A stretch of DNA of 64,000 nucleotides from Candidatus Poribacteria bacterium (GCA_965198175.1 OZ240245.1:3680001-3744000), one strand, 5' to 3'; shown: positions 1 through 10,832, counted from the stretch's first letter. The notes: a model not told the origin generated them from the letters alone. Translations and numbers: made by a program.

Positions 1-20
1 CGCTGTCCGCTCAGTTGATC

Positions 21-120
21 GTTGGGTTTCGCTCCATCGAACAAATCTCGAACGCAATTAACCGACAAACCGATTCGTCATAATCCACATGTTCCACCAC
101 ACCCGCTCAACCCAACCTAC
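21..120. repeat. GTAG-type REP-like palindromic repeat remnants
   Basis: gttgggtttcgctc at 21 and cgctcaacccaacctac ending at 120 (reverse complement GTAGGTTGGGTTGAGCG); resemble GTAG-family REP elements. Confidence 0.45.
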
Positions 121-203
121 AAGAACTTATCCGCATTGGACTGGGGCAGTAAGTGTAGAATCAATTAAAGGGATTCGAAAACGAACCTTCCAGCGTTTTG
201 CAG

Positions 204-232
204 TTGACACTCTAACCACATACTAATATAAT
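204..232 (+). promoter_or_regulatory. sigma70-type promoter of the TRAP operon
   Basis: TTGACA (204-209), 17-nt spacer, TATAAT (227-232): exact consensus. Confidence 0.8.
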
Positions 233-316
233 GTGTTGTACGAGTTGTACTGATTTTACGATTCAAATCGAGATTGTCTGAACCACTACGATTTTATATC
301 GTCTACGGAATTCAAG

Positions 317-1270
317 ATGACAAACTTTAGAGCAATTTATCTGAATACTTTTATTGTTTTCACGTTCTCGATTGTGATGGCTGGTTGCAATACGACCAAA
401 CTCACCGTCAACCAAACAGTAAAGGTTTTTGCGAAAGCGTCCAAAACCTACGACAAGGAGGCGGACCTCATGCTAGCGGATGCTGGCATCATGTCAAACC
501 TCAAGACATTTGAGGGATTGCAGGAGATTGTGCCGGAGAATGAGCGACTCCTGACGCTTACGGCGCGATCGTTTGCCTCATATGCGTTTGGCTTTGTTGA
601 GGACAAAATGGAGGCAGCAGCGGCAGTTGGCGATTTCGAGACCGAATCTGAGATGCTCGCCCGGGCGATCGATTTTTATGAGCGTAGCAAACGGTCTGGT
701 TTGAAGGCTTTGTCAAAGGCGAATTCGGCGTTCCCGGAAGCACTTGATGGCGAGCCGGAGAAGTTGGCACGCGCGTTAAAGCGATTCAAGAAAACACACG
801 TGCCTGCGCTTTTCTGGACCGCATATGCGTGGGGTAGGGCGATTAATTTACAGCAGGACGATCCGATGCTGCTTGTCGATCTCGCCAAAGTAGAGATGAT
901 GATGCGCCGTGTTATCGAACTTGATGAATCCTTTTACTTCGGCGGGGCGCATCTGTTTTATAGCGCCTACTACGGCAGCCGTTCACCACAACTGGGCGGC
1001 AACCCTGAGAAAGTGAAGCAACATTTACGAAAAGTGGACGAAATCAACAATGGCAAATTTCAGTTTAGTAAGTTGTTTCTCGCCCGCTATTACGCTTATC
1101 CTATTCAAAACCGGACGCTCTATGAAAAGACGCTACAAGAGATTCTTGATGCACCGATCGACGTGTTCCCGGAACATCGGATATCAACCGCGATTGCTAA
1201 AGCGCGTGCTGAGCGTTGGCACGCCCAAACAGACAATCTTTTCGGTGAAGCAGATGCCCACGATGAGTAG
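317..1270 (+). CDS. TRAP transporter TatT component (TPR-like lipoprotein)
   Basis: Lipobox VMAG-C; helical protein with ALFWTAYAWG and ELDESFYFGGAHL...GG motifs; directly upstream of dctPQM. Confidence 0.8.
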   Translation: MTNFRAIYLNTFIVFTFSIVMAGCNTTKLTVNQTVKVFAKASKTYDKEADLMLADAGIMSNLKTFEGLQEIVPENERLLTLTARSFASYAFGFVEDKMEAAAAVGDFETESEMLARAIDFYERSKRSGLKALSKANSAFPEALDGEPEKLARALKRFKKTHVPALFWTAYAWGRAINLQQDDPMLLVDLAKVEMMMRRVIELDESFYFGGAHLFYSAYYGSRSPQLGGNPEKVKQHLRKVDEINNGKFQFSKLFLARYYAYPIQNRTLYEKTLQEILDAPIDVFPEHRISTAIAKARAERWHAQTDNLFGEADAHDE

Positions 1271-1402
1271 CATCCAATGAAATGCAGTGGAGAGTTAAGA
1301 GCAAGTCTTTGCTCGCCACTAATCACTCTGCACCATAAAACACTCCACGCATGATTCGCAGCATCTGATAAAGATTTGAGGTTTTTCAGACTGGAGAGAC
1401 AC

Positions 1403-2428
1403 ATGACTCGCTTAACACAAATTTATCTTGTAATCTTCTCGCTCGCGATCCTTGTCATAATACCCACTGCTAGCGGCAACGAAAAAATTAAATTGGCAAC
1501 ACTCGCACCGAAAAACTCGTCGTGGATGAAGATTTTTTATGCGATGGGGAAAGAGATTCAGGAAAAAAGCGGCAGTAAGGTAAAGATTCAATTTTTTCCG
1601 GATGGGGTGCAGGGAGATGAAATCGATGTCATTCGTAAAATGCGCGCGGGCTTGCTTCATGCGGGTGCGATGACAGATGTCGGTTTGGGGGAGATTCATC
1701 AATCGGTGCTTATTTTTCAAACATTTCGCCTGTTTAATAACTATGCCGAACTCGACTACGTGCGCGATCAACTGCGGGATGGACTTGAAAAAGCGTTTGA
1801 TGAGGCGGGCTATGTCCTACTAGGTTGGGGGGATATTGGTTACTACTATATTTTCAGCAATCATCCGATAAAGACCATCGAAGATCTCCGTGATCCAAGC
1901 GTCAAGGTGTGGGTACGGACGGGCGATCCTGTCTCAGAACACTTCTACAAAACCGTTGATTTCATAGGTGTTCCAGTGTCTGTGCCGCAGGTGCTGTTAT
2001 CGTTGCAAACCGGGCAGATTAACGCTCTGATTGTTTCGCCATTAGCGTGCGTCGCGCTGCAGTGGTATCCTAAGCTGAAGTATATGTCCGACATGCCAAT
2101 CAGGATTGGAATTGGCGCAACGTTAATCACTAAAGGAAGATACAATCAATTACCCGCCGAGGAGCAGAAGATTCTACGCGATACGGCACGACAATATCAC
2201 CAGAAGCTCATCCAGCGCGTCCGGAATGACAATGATAAGTCAGTCGAGGCGTTGACAAAAAAAGCGGGGATGCAGATAGTGACCATCAGCGATTCGGAGC
2301 GGGAGCGCTGGAACACGCGATGCGCCCAAATGCGTGATGAACTCGCGGGAGAAATTTACCCACCTGCTCTACTTCAACAAGTGAACGCACTACTAGATGC
2401 TTATCGTTCAACACATCCACAAGATTGA
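1403..2428 (+). CDS. dctP: TRAP transporter substrate-binding protein DctP/TatP
   Basis: IKLATLAPKNSSW, GVQGDEIDVIRKMRAG and SLQTGQI motifs; signal peptide from ATG 1403 after GGAGAG. Confidence 0.9.
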   Translation: MTRLTQIYLVIFSLAILVIIPTASGNEKIKLATLAPKNSSWMKIFYAMGKEIQEKSGSKVKIQFFPDGVQGDEIDVIRKMRAGLLHAGAMTDVGLGEIHQSVLIFQTFRLFNNYAELDYVRDQLRDGLEKAFDEAGYVLLGWGDIGYYYIFSNHPIKTIEDLRDPSVKVWVRTGDPVSEHFYKTVDFIGVPVSVPQVLLSLQTGQINALIVSPLACVALQWYPKLKYMSDMPIRIGIGATLITKGRYNQLPAEEQKILRDTARQYHQKLIQRVRNDNDKSVEALTKKAGMQIVTISDSERERWNTRCAQMRDELAGEIYPPALLQQVNALLDAYRSTHPQD

Positions 2429-2963
2429 CATCTGCCAATCAGGTGAGACTTTCAGATTGAACGCCGTCAAACGAATCAATATCCTTCTTGGTAACATCGA
2501 AACCGCGTTGCTATGTCTGATTATCCTGTCAATCGTTGGATTGGGGATACTGAAGATTCTTCTGCGCTATATTTTTCAAATAAGTCTCCTGTGGAACCAA
2601 GTTTTACTGCAGCACTTCATATTGTGGCTAACATTCTTGGGCGCATCGCTAGCCACCTGCGAAAACCGCCATATCAGTATTGATGTCCTCACCCGCTACC
2701 TACCGAGGCACCTCGTTCAATGTACCAACATCCTCATTCATATTATCAGCTTTGTTATCGTCTCCATCCTCGCTTATACCGGCTTTGAGTTCATACGCGA
2801 CGAGCAGATGAGCGGTGCAACACTCGTCGGCACTATCCCAATTTGGTGGGCGAAGCTGATCATCCCGATTGGGTTTGGATTGATTGCACTTCACTTTGCT
2901 CTCCAAACCGTCATGGAGATATTTAGCAAAACCAAAGGGGAAGCTGCATCATGGGAGCGTTGA
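2397..2963 (+). CDS. dctQ: TRAP transporter small permease DctQ (true start probably somewhat downstream)
   Basis: 4 TM segments; LWLTFLGASLAT...HISIDVL motif. Confidence 0.85.
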   Translation: MLIVQHIHKIDICQSGETFRLNAVKRINILLGNIETALLCLIILSIVGLGILKILLRYIFQISLLWNQVLLQHFILWLTFLGASLATCENRHISIDVLTRYLPRHLVQCTNILIHIISFVIVSILAYTGFEFIRDEQMSGATLVGTIPIWWAKLIIPIGFGLIALHFALQTVMEIFSKTKGEAASWER

Positions 2964-4243
2964 TTGGGCTCGGTTTGGGCTTGTTTGCGCTCTTAGGCGG
3001 CGCATTGTTTGTCCTGCTCGGCGGGTTGGCGATTTTCGGTTATGCAGCGGCGGGCGATCCGATCAGCAGTATCATTATTGATCTTAATCGCTTGGCGCGC
3101 AATCCGACAATCATGACAATCCCGCTGTTCACCTTCGCCGGCTATGTGATGGCGGAGAGCAACGCCCCCAAGCGTCTCATCGCCCTGGCACAAACGAGTG
3201 TTGGTTGGTTGCCGGGCGGTATTGCTGCGGTTGTGCTGGTGACATGCGCGTTTTTCACGACGTTCACCGGGGCTTCCGGGGTGACAATCATCGCGCTGGG
3301 CGGGTTACTCTATCCAATCCTTCGTCAGCATTATACGGAACGCTTTTCACTCGGGTTAATCACGACATCGGGCAGTCTCGGACTTCTTTTCCCACCTAGT
3401 GTCCCTCTTATCCTCTATGCAATCATCGCCCAGGTACCGATTGATGTGATGTTCTGTGCAGGGATTCTCCCCGGCTTTCTCCTGCTAGTGATTCTCGTCG
3501 GGTACTGCTCTGGCTGGAGTATGTTCAAAAGGGTCGAACATACCCCCTTTGATTTGCGCGCTTTTGGAGTGGCTCTATGGAATGCTTTGGGAGAAGTACT
3601 GCTACCGTTCATTGTGCTTGGTTGTATTATATCGGGGATTGTCACAATTGATGAAGCGGCTGCACTGACAGCGATTTATCTGTTGATTGTTGAAATGGTT
3701 ATCCATCGCGATATTAGTGTCAGGCAGTTGCCGAAAATTGTGCGAGAGAGCATGCTGCTCGTCGGCGCCATCTTGATTATTCTCTGTATCGCACTGGGAC
3801 TGACCAACTATCTCGTCACAATCGAATTGCCGAGCATTGCGCTTGACTGGATTCAAGGGCAGACACAAAACAAGATTGTTACCTTAATTGGACTCAATCT
3901 TTTTCTGCTAGCCGTCGGTTGCTTGATGGATATCTTTTCCGCCATTGTTATCATTGTTCCCCTGCTGATTCCAATCGCGGAAGGATTCGGGATAGACAAA
4001 GCTCACCTTGGTATCATCGTGCTGACGAACTTGGAGATTGGCTACTTAACACCGCCCGTTGGCATGAACCTCTTCATCTCAAGCCTCAAGTTTGATAAAT
4101 CCATTGTTTCACTGTATCGATCTGTGTTGCTATTCATCGGATTGCTCCTATTCGCACTGATAATCGTCACCTACGTTCCCGCGTTGAGCTTGTGGCTGCC
4201 GCGCGTGCTGGGGAAAATGTCCACGCCACTGTTGCTTGAATAG
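2951..4243 (+). CDS. dctM: TRAP transporter large permease DctM
   Basis: IPLFTFAG, GSLGLLFPPSVPLILY and EIGYLTPPVGMNLF motifs. Confidence 0.92.
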   Translation: MGALIGLGLGLFALLGGALFVLLGGLAIFGYAAAGDPISSIIIDLNRLARNPTIMTIPLFTFAGYVMAESNAPKRLIALAQTSVGWLPGGIAAVVLVTCAFFTTFTGASGVTIIALGGLLYPILRQHYTERFSLGLITTSGSLGLLFPPSVPLILYAIIAQVPIDVMFCAGILPGFLLLVILVGYCSGWSMFKRVEHTPFDLRAFGVALWNALGEVLLPFIVLGCIISGIVTIDEAAALTAIYLLIVEMVIHRDISVRQLPKIVRESMLLVGAILIILCIALGLTNYLVTIELPSIALDWIQGQTQNKIVTLIGLNLFLLAVGCLMDIFSAIVIIVPLLIPIAEGFGIDKAHLGIIVLTNLEIGYLTPPVGMNLFISSLKFDKSIVSLYRSVLLFIGLLLFALIIVTYVPALSLWLPRVLGKMSTPLLLE

Positions 4244-4316
4244 GAAAGATTGCATTATCGCGTAAGTCTGAGTAAATCAGGTGGGTCGCGCAATACTCAA
4301 CGAGAATTGGTAATTG

Positions 4317-5609
4317 TCAGTTTTTCTGGATGTGCTTGGGAGCTAGGGCTGTTAGCGATAAACCGCGTGCGGCTGAATATACCGTCAGCGCCAACCAGAG
4401 TCCATGGTTTCCAAGCGGCTTTAGGAAGTAATATGCTGGCAAGAAGACGAGGAGTGTCGATACAATCATGGCATTTCGCATCGGTTTTGATGCGGTCGCG
4501 CCAAGAAATATTCCATCCCAGAGGTATGCCACGGCATTAATGATTGGGGCAAGGGCGATCCAAATCAAATAGGGGAGCGCTTGTTTCACCAGATCAGTTT
4601 TGTTCGTAAAGACATAAAGCAGCGGATGTCCGAAGAATCCGTAAATCAGACTAAATACCGCCGCTAGGCAAAGGCCCCAGATGAATACATACCGCACCGC
4701 CACTCTTAAGTTGTGGATGTCGACGGCACCCTTGTACTTACCGATAAGACTTTCCGCCGCAAAAGCGAAACCATCAATGGCATAAGCAAGAAAATTAATG
4801 AACTGTAGGAGGATGGTATTGACTGCTAGAATAATATCGCTCACAGCAGCTGATTTTGCAGTGAAAAACGTATGGGAGAAAACCAGACATAATGTGCGGA
4901 TGAATATATCGCCACTAATTGCGAAGAATCGTTTCAGATCGGGTAGATACAATGCTTCTTTCAGGTTCCACCCCTCCAACAGGTCGCTATATTTTCTACG
5001 GTATAGAATAACGGTACACACAAGTCCAAGGTACTGAGCGATAACGGTTCCCAAGGCGACGCCATTTGATTTTAGCCCCATCGCCTTCACAAAGAATAGG
5101 TTGAGCCCAATATTCAGAACGTTCATCAGGATAGTGATTATCATTGGGTATTTCGCATTCTGGACACCCAAGAACCATCCGTGAAAAACAAAAATACTTA
5201 GAGCAGCCGGGGCAGCATAGATACGGACATAAAAATATTGACGCGCTAACCGTTCAACTTCGGTGCTGGCATCAATGAGATAGAAACTGATTTTTGCGAT
5301 ATAAGACTGAATTAAAATAAGCAGAACGCTCACAACAAGCGCAACGAACAGACCTCTTGTAAGAATCAGGATACTTTCTCTCTGGTGGTTCGCCCCATGG
5401 GCTTGTGCGGTGAGTCCAGTTGTGCTCATTCTGAGGAATCCAAATCCCCAGTACAGCATATTAAAAATGGCTGCCCCAATAGCAACGCCGCCAAGATGTT
5501 GCTCTGATTCTAGCCGCCCCATCAAGGCAATGTCAACGGCTCCCAGGATAGGAACGGTCAAATTGCTGATGATGTTTGGTATAGCCAATCGAATAATCTG
5601 TTTGTTCAT
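4317..5609 (-). CDS. MATE family efflux transporter (DinF-like)
   Basis: LAIPNIISNLTVPILGAVD, FGFLRMSTTGLTAQA and DIFIRT motifs; about 12 TM. Confidence 0.9.
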   Translation of the reverse strand: MNKQIIRLAIPNIISNLTVPILGAVDIALMGRLESEQHLGGVAIGAAIFNMLYWGFGFLRMSTTGLTAQAHGANHQRESILILTRGLFVALVVSVLLILIQSYIAKISFYLIDASTEVERLARQYFYVRIYAAPAALSIFVFHGWFLGVQNAKYPMIITILMNVLNIGLNLFFVKAMGLKSNGVALGTVIAQYLGLVCTVILYRRKYSDLLEGWNLKEALYLPDLKRFFAISGDIFIRTLCLVFSHTFFTAKSAAVSDIILAVNTILLQFINFLAYAIDGFAFAAESLIGKYKGAVDIHNLRVAVRYVFIWGLCLAAVFSLIYGFFGHPLLYVFTNKTDLVKQALPYLIWIALAPIINAVAYLWDGIFLGATASKPMRNAMIVSTLLVFLPAYYFLKPLGNHGLWLALTVYSAARGLSLTALAPKHIQKN

Positions 5610-5696
5610 GTCGTGATGCTAATGGTTGCTAAGGGGGTAGCAGTAGCCAAAATTAAAGTTCTTGTGGATAAGCCAGCAGTCGCATCGTCTCAAGAC

Positions 5697-6302
5697 TCAA
5701 CAATTGTTTTTGGCTACAAGTATACCGTATTCTACATTATGTACCTTTGTTCGCCACTCCGATGAAGCCTCCAGATACGGTTTTAGTAATCTGCCCTTGT
5801 CCCCCCATAAGACATCATCAACAATAATTATAGCGTTCTCTCCGAACAGGTTTTCAACAGCCTTGAACTCCTTCCAGATATGATCGCCATCGTTGACAGA
5901 ATCAAATAAGGCGAAATGAACCGTGTCAAAGACATGTTCTTCAACCATTCTAGTCAAGTTTTCAACCGAATCGCCTTCAACATAGTTAATGTACTGGTTA
6001 TAGTTCTTGCACAATTCTTGACAAATCCTAATGTGTTCTTTGCTAATCTCAAATGTGTAGAAATCACCTCGGTTCATCAACACCGAAGAGATGGCTAAGG
6101 TACTCTCAGTGCCTTCATTGGCATCCCGGATACAACCAGTTTCGATAATAACTGGGTGAGGTGTTGTTTCAAGTATTTCTAACAGATATCTTTCGAGAAT
6201 TGACCTGTGTGCCCGCAAATGCTGTCGCAATCCAAGCTTATAGAAAATCAGATTCAGCGCTTTCCAGGTTTTGTTTGCCAATCGACTCTCTCTAATTGAC
6301 AT
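5697..6302 (-). CDS. Class I SAM-dependent methyltransferase-like protein
   Basis: VIIETG motif I-like, EGDSV, FALFDS and IIIVDD. Confidence 0.65.
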   Translation of the reverse strand: MSIRESRLANKTWKALNLIFYKLGLRQHLRAHRSILERYLLEILETTPHPVIIETGCIRDANEGTESTLAISSVLMNRGDFYTFEISKEHIRICQELCKNYNQYINYVEGDSVENLTRMVEEHVFDTVHFALFDSVNDGDHIWKEFKAVENLFGENAIIIVDDVLWGDKGRLLKPYLEASSEWRTKVHNVEYGILVAKNNC

Positions 6303-6368
6303 CTTCTGGATCTCCTCTTTGACATGCTGTATGCGCCTTTCCTAGAGATGCTCCCTCGCCTTCCCATT

Positions 6369-8198
6369 TCAACTATCAAGTCGCCTTTGATTCGTCGTTG
6401 TAATTCGATTCTTCGCCCGCTTGGCAGTCGCTTTCATAAGAACAAAGGAGATTAATAGAATGACTAGCAGCGCCCCGATAATTCCTTTTATGAGTGCATA
6501 GGTTTGCTGCTTCCTGACATAATTCAGGGTAGCTTGGGCTTCTTCATAATTGGTGTCCAAAGCTAGTGCAGCTTCAAGATGTGCTGTTGATTTCTTATAA
6601 TTCTGATTTTTGAGATAAACAATCCCCAAACTGTTATGTGCTTGGGGGTTTTTCGGATTCATTTCTAACAGTTTTTGATATGTCAGTATAGCGCCATCTA
6701 AATCTTCGACTAGGCTCTTTTGCCAGCCGACTTGCATCAAGGCTGCTTCCAGATTTTGGCTGGCATGCCAACTATCCGGGTGGTATTCCAACGCGCGTTC
6801 ATAGCACCGTGTTGCTCCCGTCCAATCCTCTTTGCGCGCGTGCTGTGCGCCCAAATTATTCAATGTTGTTGCAATTCCCACTTGGACTGCTTCGTTCTGG
6901 GAATCAATCTCCAAGGCACGTTCATATACGCCCAAAGCCTTTTGATATTCTCCTGCCGCATCGTAGGTAACAGCTAGATCATACAGCAGAATATCGGAGA
7001 ACGGAAACCGCATAAGCCCTTGATTGAAACATTTGATTGCTCGTGAAAGCTGATTTGCCTGAAGCAGTTTATACCCCCAACGGTGGTAAGTTGCTAGGAG
7101 ATTATTGTTCAGTTCGGAAGAATTGGGAGCAAGCCGTAACGCACGCTGAAAAAAGTTCACCGCCTGGCTAAACTGACCTTGAAGCAACGAAAGCGCACCC
7201 AAAGCCCCAAGCACTTCTGCAGTTGGCTTTGTGCTCAACGCCATTCTATAGTGTGTAATTGCCAAATCGTACATCCTCCTCGACTGGAAGATCTGAGCAA
7301 GTTCAACCGCTGAAAAATGGAACGATGGATTAATCTCCAGGGCTTTTTGAAAAGCATCAATTGCTGCGTGGTAATCACCGAGGTCCGCATGAACCATGCC
7401 CAGAGCGTAGTAGGTCTCGGCAGTGGATGGTGATGTTTTGATTTCTTCTTGAAGGGCACTAATAGCTTGGTCGTGAAAAGGGGTGTTCACAGGCGTTTTC
7501 CGCACCTTCATCCACGTCGCCACATCTCGCGCTGTCGGTTTTTGAGCAGTCGTAGCGAAATACATCACATCATTTGGATTCTCGCTGTGGCCCCATAATC
7601 CGATCGCGTGCCCAATCTCATGCAGCATCACAGCTTGAACCACTTCAGATGTGTGCAGTTCCAACGTCCTATCGCTCTGTAGAAAAATCTCGATTTCGAC
7701 ATGAAATCCATCCACGTTTCGAATTAACACCGCCTCTCCGACATTCTTATACATCCCGGCTCGACTTCGCCGATGCACCCACTTAAGTCGAATATCCGCC
7801 GTCGCAGCGGTTGGTGAAAATCGAAATTGTAGAAGTCCCTTGGTTGCCTCCTGCCATAGATTTAGAGATTGATTCAACGCTTGTTCGTAAACCCTTGCTA
7901 GATCCGCCTGAAGTGGAACAGCTTCCCTATAGACTAAAATTACTTCCCGGTCAAACCGTGTCAGACGCCCATTGGAAGCCATCGTGACCCGATCGAAATA
8001 GTCATCCGCACAAACAGCATTTCCAATGAGGATACACACAACTCCGCCAATTACACCGAAAATCCGGAAACGCTGAAATTCGTAAAAACGGTTTCCCATA
8101 GCTCTGGTTTTCGTGCGCCCCATCCTTTTAGCTTTTCGACTTTCTATCCCCCGGTTTCTTCTTTGTGTTGATCCCACTTCCCAACCGCTCCTATTCAT
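6369..8198 (-). CDS. Matrixin/metzincin-type metalloprotease with TPR array and C-terminal membrane anchor (start may be downstream)
   Basis: HEIGHAIGLWGH zinc motif plus DVM Met-turn; many TPR repeats; C-terminal hydrophobic helix with basic tail. Confidence 0.8.
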   Translation of the reverse strand: MNRSGWEVGSTQRRNRGIESRKAKRMGRTKTRAMGNRFYEFQRFRIFGVIGGVVCILIGNAVCADDYFDRVTMASNGRLTRFDREVILVYREAVPLQADLARVYEQALNQSLNLWQEATKGLLQFRFSPTAATADIRLKWVHRRSRAGMYKNVGEAVLIRNVDGFHVEIEIFLQSDRTLELHTSEVVQAVMLHEIGHAIGLWGHSENPNDVMYFATTAQKPTARDVATWMKVRKTPVNTPFHDQAISALQEEIKTSPSTAETYYALGMVHADLGDYHAAIDAFQKALEINPSFHFSAVELAQIFQSRRMYDLAITHYRMALSTKPTAEVLGALGALSLLQGQFSQAVNFFQRALRLAPNSSELNNNLLATYHRWGYKLLQANQLSRAIKCFNQGLMRFPFSDILLYDLAVTYDAAGEYQKALGVYERALEIDSQNEAVQVGIATTLNNLGAQHARKEDWTGATRCYERALEYHPDSWHASQNLEAALMQVGWQKSLVEDLDGAILTYQKLLEMNPKNPQAHNSLGIVYLKNQNYKKSTAHLEAALALDTNYEEAQATLNYVRKQQTYALIKGIIGALLVILLISFVLMKATAKRAKNRITTTNQRRLDS

Positions 8199-8281
8199 TC
8201 GTTCTTCAACGACTATTGAAAAGCAATGGTATCACTATGATTTGTCCTTTGTCAATCATCTTTCACAAAGTTAGAAATGGC

Positions 8282-8310
8282 TTGACAGCGGATGGGCTCA
8301 TTGCTATAAT
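8282..8310 (+). promoter_or_regulatory. sigma70-type promoter with extended -10
   Basis: TTGACA-17 nt-TATAAT, with TG preceding the -10. Confidence 0.75.
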
Positions 8311-8452
8311 GGCAAATCTTGAAATGGGGGGTAGCAAGAATGCCGCAACACTCTGACAAATCTATTTTTCACTCTACTTCACATAACCCACTGGTACAGC
8401 GAGTTGCTGCGGCGGATGCGAGCCTATAACAAAAAAGGGTGAGGATAACGCT

Positions 8453-9412
8453 ATGAAAATTTTGATTTGCCTGTCTATGGTCGATAATTTTCGCCACCTA
8501 ATCCGTGATGCTGCGGGTGATAATACTGTTGTGTTTGCAAATTCGAGCGAGGATTTTCTTTTAGAAGGCACCGACGCGGAAGTCTTTTGCGGGAACTGCA
8601 GTGAAACGGAATTTCAACATCTGCCCAACGTGAAGTGGATGCAGTTTGCTACCGCGGGGATGGATGCCTTTTTGTATCCCGCACTCCGCAACAGCGATGT
8701 GATCGTCACTAACGGAGCGGGATTGTACGGACCAGAAGGTGCAGAACACGCTTTCGCACTACTGCTCAGTTTGACACGGGGAATTCATCACTGCGCCCGT
8801 AATCAGACCCATCCACCTGCTGACAGTCCTGCGATTCAATGCGGCAGAAGCTGTGGGATTGAAATTAACGGATGGACGCTTGGTGTCATTGGTGTGGGTG
8901 GATTCGGGATAAACATGGCAAGAATTGGCAAAGGCTTTAACATGCACGTCATCGCTGTAGATGCGTATCGCACTGATAAACCAGACACTGTCGATGAACT
9001 AGCACCAATGGACGGGCTGTCAGACCTGATGTGTAGAGCTGATGTGGTGATGACTGCGTGTCCGTTAACAGAGGGGACCTACCATCTGATTAATGCGGAA
9101 AACTTGGTGCTGATGAAACCAACGGCTTATTTAATCAATGTCACTCGCGGTGGAGTGATCGATGAATCAGCTCTCATTGAAGTCCTTAAAGCGGGAAAAA
9201 TTGCCGGCGCAGGGCTAGACGTTGTTGAAGTTGAGCCGCTAGCAGATGACAGCCCTCTTCGGGATATGGATCATGTAGTTATTACTCCTCATTGGGCTGG
9301 CGCTTCACAGCAGTCTCCACAGCGCTTCGTTACGTTCTTCTGCGAGAATTTGAAGCGGTACATAAATGGCAAACCGTTGAAAAACATCGTGGACAGACAG
9401 CTCGGCTTTTAG
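8453..9412 (+). CDS. D-2-hydroxyacid dehydrogenase family protein
   Basis: GVGGFG NAD-binding motif, INVTRGGVID, GAGLDV..EPL and TPHWAG. Confidence 0.88.
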   Translation: MKILICLSMVDNFRHLIRDAAGDNTVVFANSSEDFLLEGTDAEVFCGNCSETEFQHLPNVKWMQFATAGMDAFLYPALRNSDVIVTNGAGLYGPEGAEHAFALLLSLTRGIHHCARNQTHPPADSPAIQCGRSCGIEINGWTLGVIGVGGFGINMARIGKGFNMHVIAVDAYRTDKPDTVDELAPMDGLSDLMCRADVVMTACPLTEGTYHLINAENLVLMKPTAYLINVTRGGVIDESALIEVLKAGKIAGAGLDVVEVEPLADDSPLRDMDHVVITPHWAGASQQSPQRFVTFFCENLKRYINGKPLKNIVDRQLGF

Positions 9413-9625
9413 GTATAGCCAGTAGGTTTCATCCAGTTTTTGCTTGCCCTCTAACGTTCATGCGGTAATTATCGTCACCTTCTTAGGAATCGGTTTATCT
9501 CAGGAATTCTTCCCACCATAGCCTGAAAACATCCACAGTTTCAGCAGTCCACGATTTGAGGTCGTCGCGAGGTACGAACTGGAGGAGAGCGCTATCGAAA
9601 CCTCACCTTGCTAAGAAGCTAACTA

Positions 9626-9654
9626 CAAACCCAATATGTGAATCATTGGGTTTG
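9626..9654. promoter_or_regulatory. 10-bp inverted repeat upstream of the Ldh-family gene (operator or hairpin)
   Basis: caaacccaat-N9-attgggtttg. Confidence 0.4.
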
Positions 9655-9716
9655 AATTATGTGTGATGAATTTAGGAAATCTTCAAAAAAATGAAATTCG
9701 ATGAGGAGAAAATCAC

Positions 9717-10784
9717 GTGTCAGAGATGACAGTACAACCTCAGCGCGTAAAAGACTACTGTATACGCGCATTGGAAAAGGTCGGCATGGGATTCGACGAC
9801 GCTCGCATAGCTGCAGAGGTGCTTGTGACCGCAGACATGAGGGGAACCACAACGCACGGCACAATCGGATTAAAAGGGTATATCAGACAGATACGGGAAG
9901 GCGGGATGAACCCCAAAGCCGATGTCGAAATCATTCGCGAGGGACCAACTTGGGCAGTTGTAGATGGACAGGCTGGGTTGGGTGTCGTGACATCGTACAA
10001 GGCGACGAAGCTCGCGATCGCCAAGGCGAAAGCAAATGCCGTTGGCATGGTTTGGGTCAAAAACAGCAATCACTTCGCCGCGGCTGGATATTACGCTATG
10101 ATGTGCGCTGAAGCTGACATGGTTGGTTTGGCGATGACCAACGCGAACATCTCGCTCAGCGCACCTGGCTCAGCAGGGCGGGTCATCGGAAATAACCCGT
10201 TTGCCTATGGAGCGCCGGCAGGAAAAGCACCCCCGGTCAATCTGGATATTGCGATGGGCGTGGTCGCTGGCGGCAAGGTACACGCCGCCGCAAGAGAGGG
10301 CCGAAGTATTCCGTTGGGGTGGGCAATTGACGGTCAAGGGGTTCCTACAACTGACCCTAGGGAGTATGAGGAGAAAGGCGGTGCAACGGTTCCTTTGGCA
10401 GGACACAAGGGTTTTGGATTGGCACTGTTGATAGAAATACTGGCCGGCGTCATGACAGGCGGCGGTATACGGACGGAGGTGAAATCTTACGTCGAGCATC
10501 CCGAAAGTCCGAGCGATATAGGACACTTCTTCATGGCTATAGATACCGGTACCATTATGCCGATTGAGGAATTCAAAATCCGAATGGATAGCTTGATAAC
10601 CGGAGTTAGCTCGTCGCCCAAAGCACCGCGGGTGGATCGAATTTATCTTCCGGGTGAAATGGAATATGAACGGGAAGAAAAAGCAAAAAAAGAGGGGTTT
10701 GTTCTTGATGACGGCGCTTTGAACAGTCTCAAAGAGTTAGGGCAGGATTTGGGATTGGAAGACGAGAGATTCTGGCATTTGTAA
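9717..10784 (+). CDS. Ldh_2 family oxidoreductase (malate/L-lactate/L-sulfolactate dehydrogenase type)
   Basis: ADMRG..THG, NSNHFAAAGYY, GNNP, GHKGFGL and IYLPGE motifs. Confidence 0.9.
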   Translation: MSEMTVQPQRVKDYCIRALEKVGMGFDDARIAAEVLVTADMRGTTTHGTIGLKGYIRQIREGGMNPKADVEIIREGPTWAVVDGQAGLGVVTSYKATKLAIAKAKANAVGMVWVKNSNHFAAAGYYAMMCAEADMVGLAMTNANISLSAPGSAGRVIGNNPFAYGAPAGKAPPVNLDIAMGVVAGGKVHAAAREGRSIPLGWAIDGQGVPTTDPREYEEKGGATVPLAGHKGFGLALLIEILAGVMTGGGIRTEVKSYVEHPESPSDIGHFFMAIDTGTIMPIEEFKIRMDSLITGVSSSPKAPRVDRIYLPGEMEYEREEKAKKEGFVLDDGALNSLKELGQDLGLEDERFWHL

Positions 10785-10832
10785 GCAAGATGTTAGTTCA
10801 CATCGCATCGAAAACAAGAGGGGGTCTGTCTA

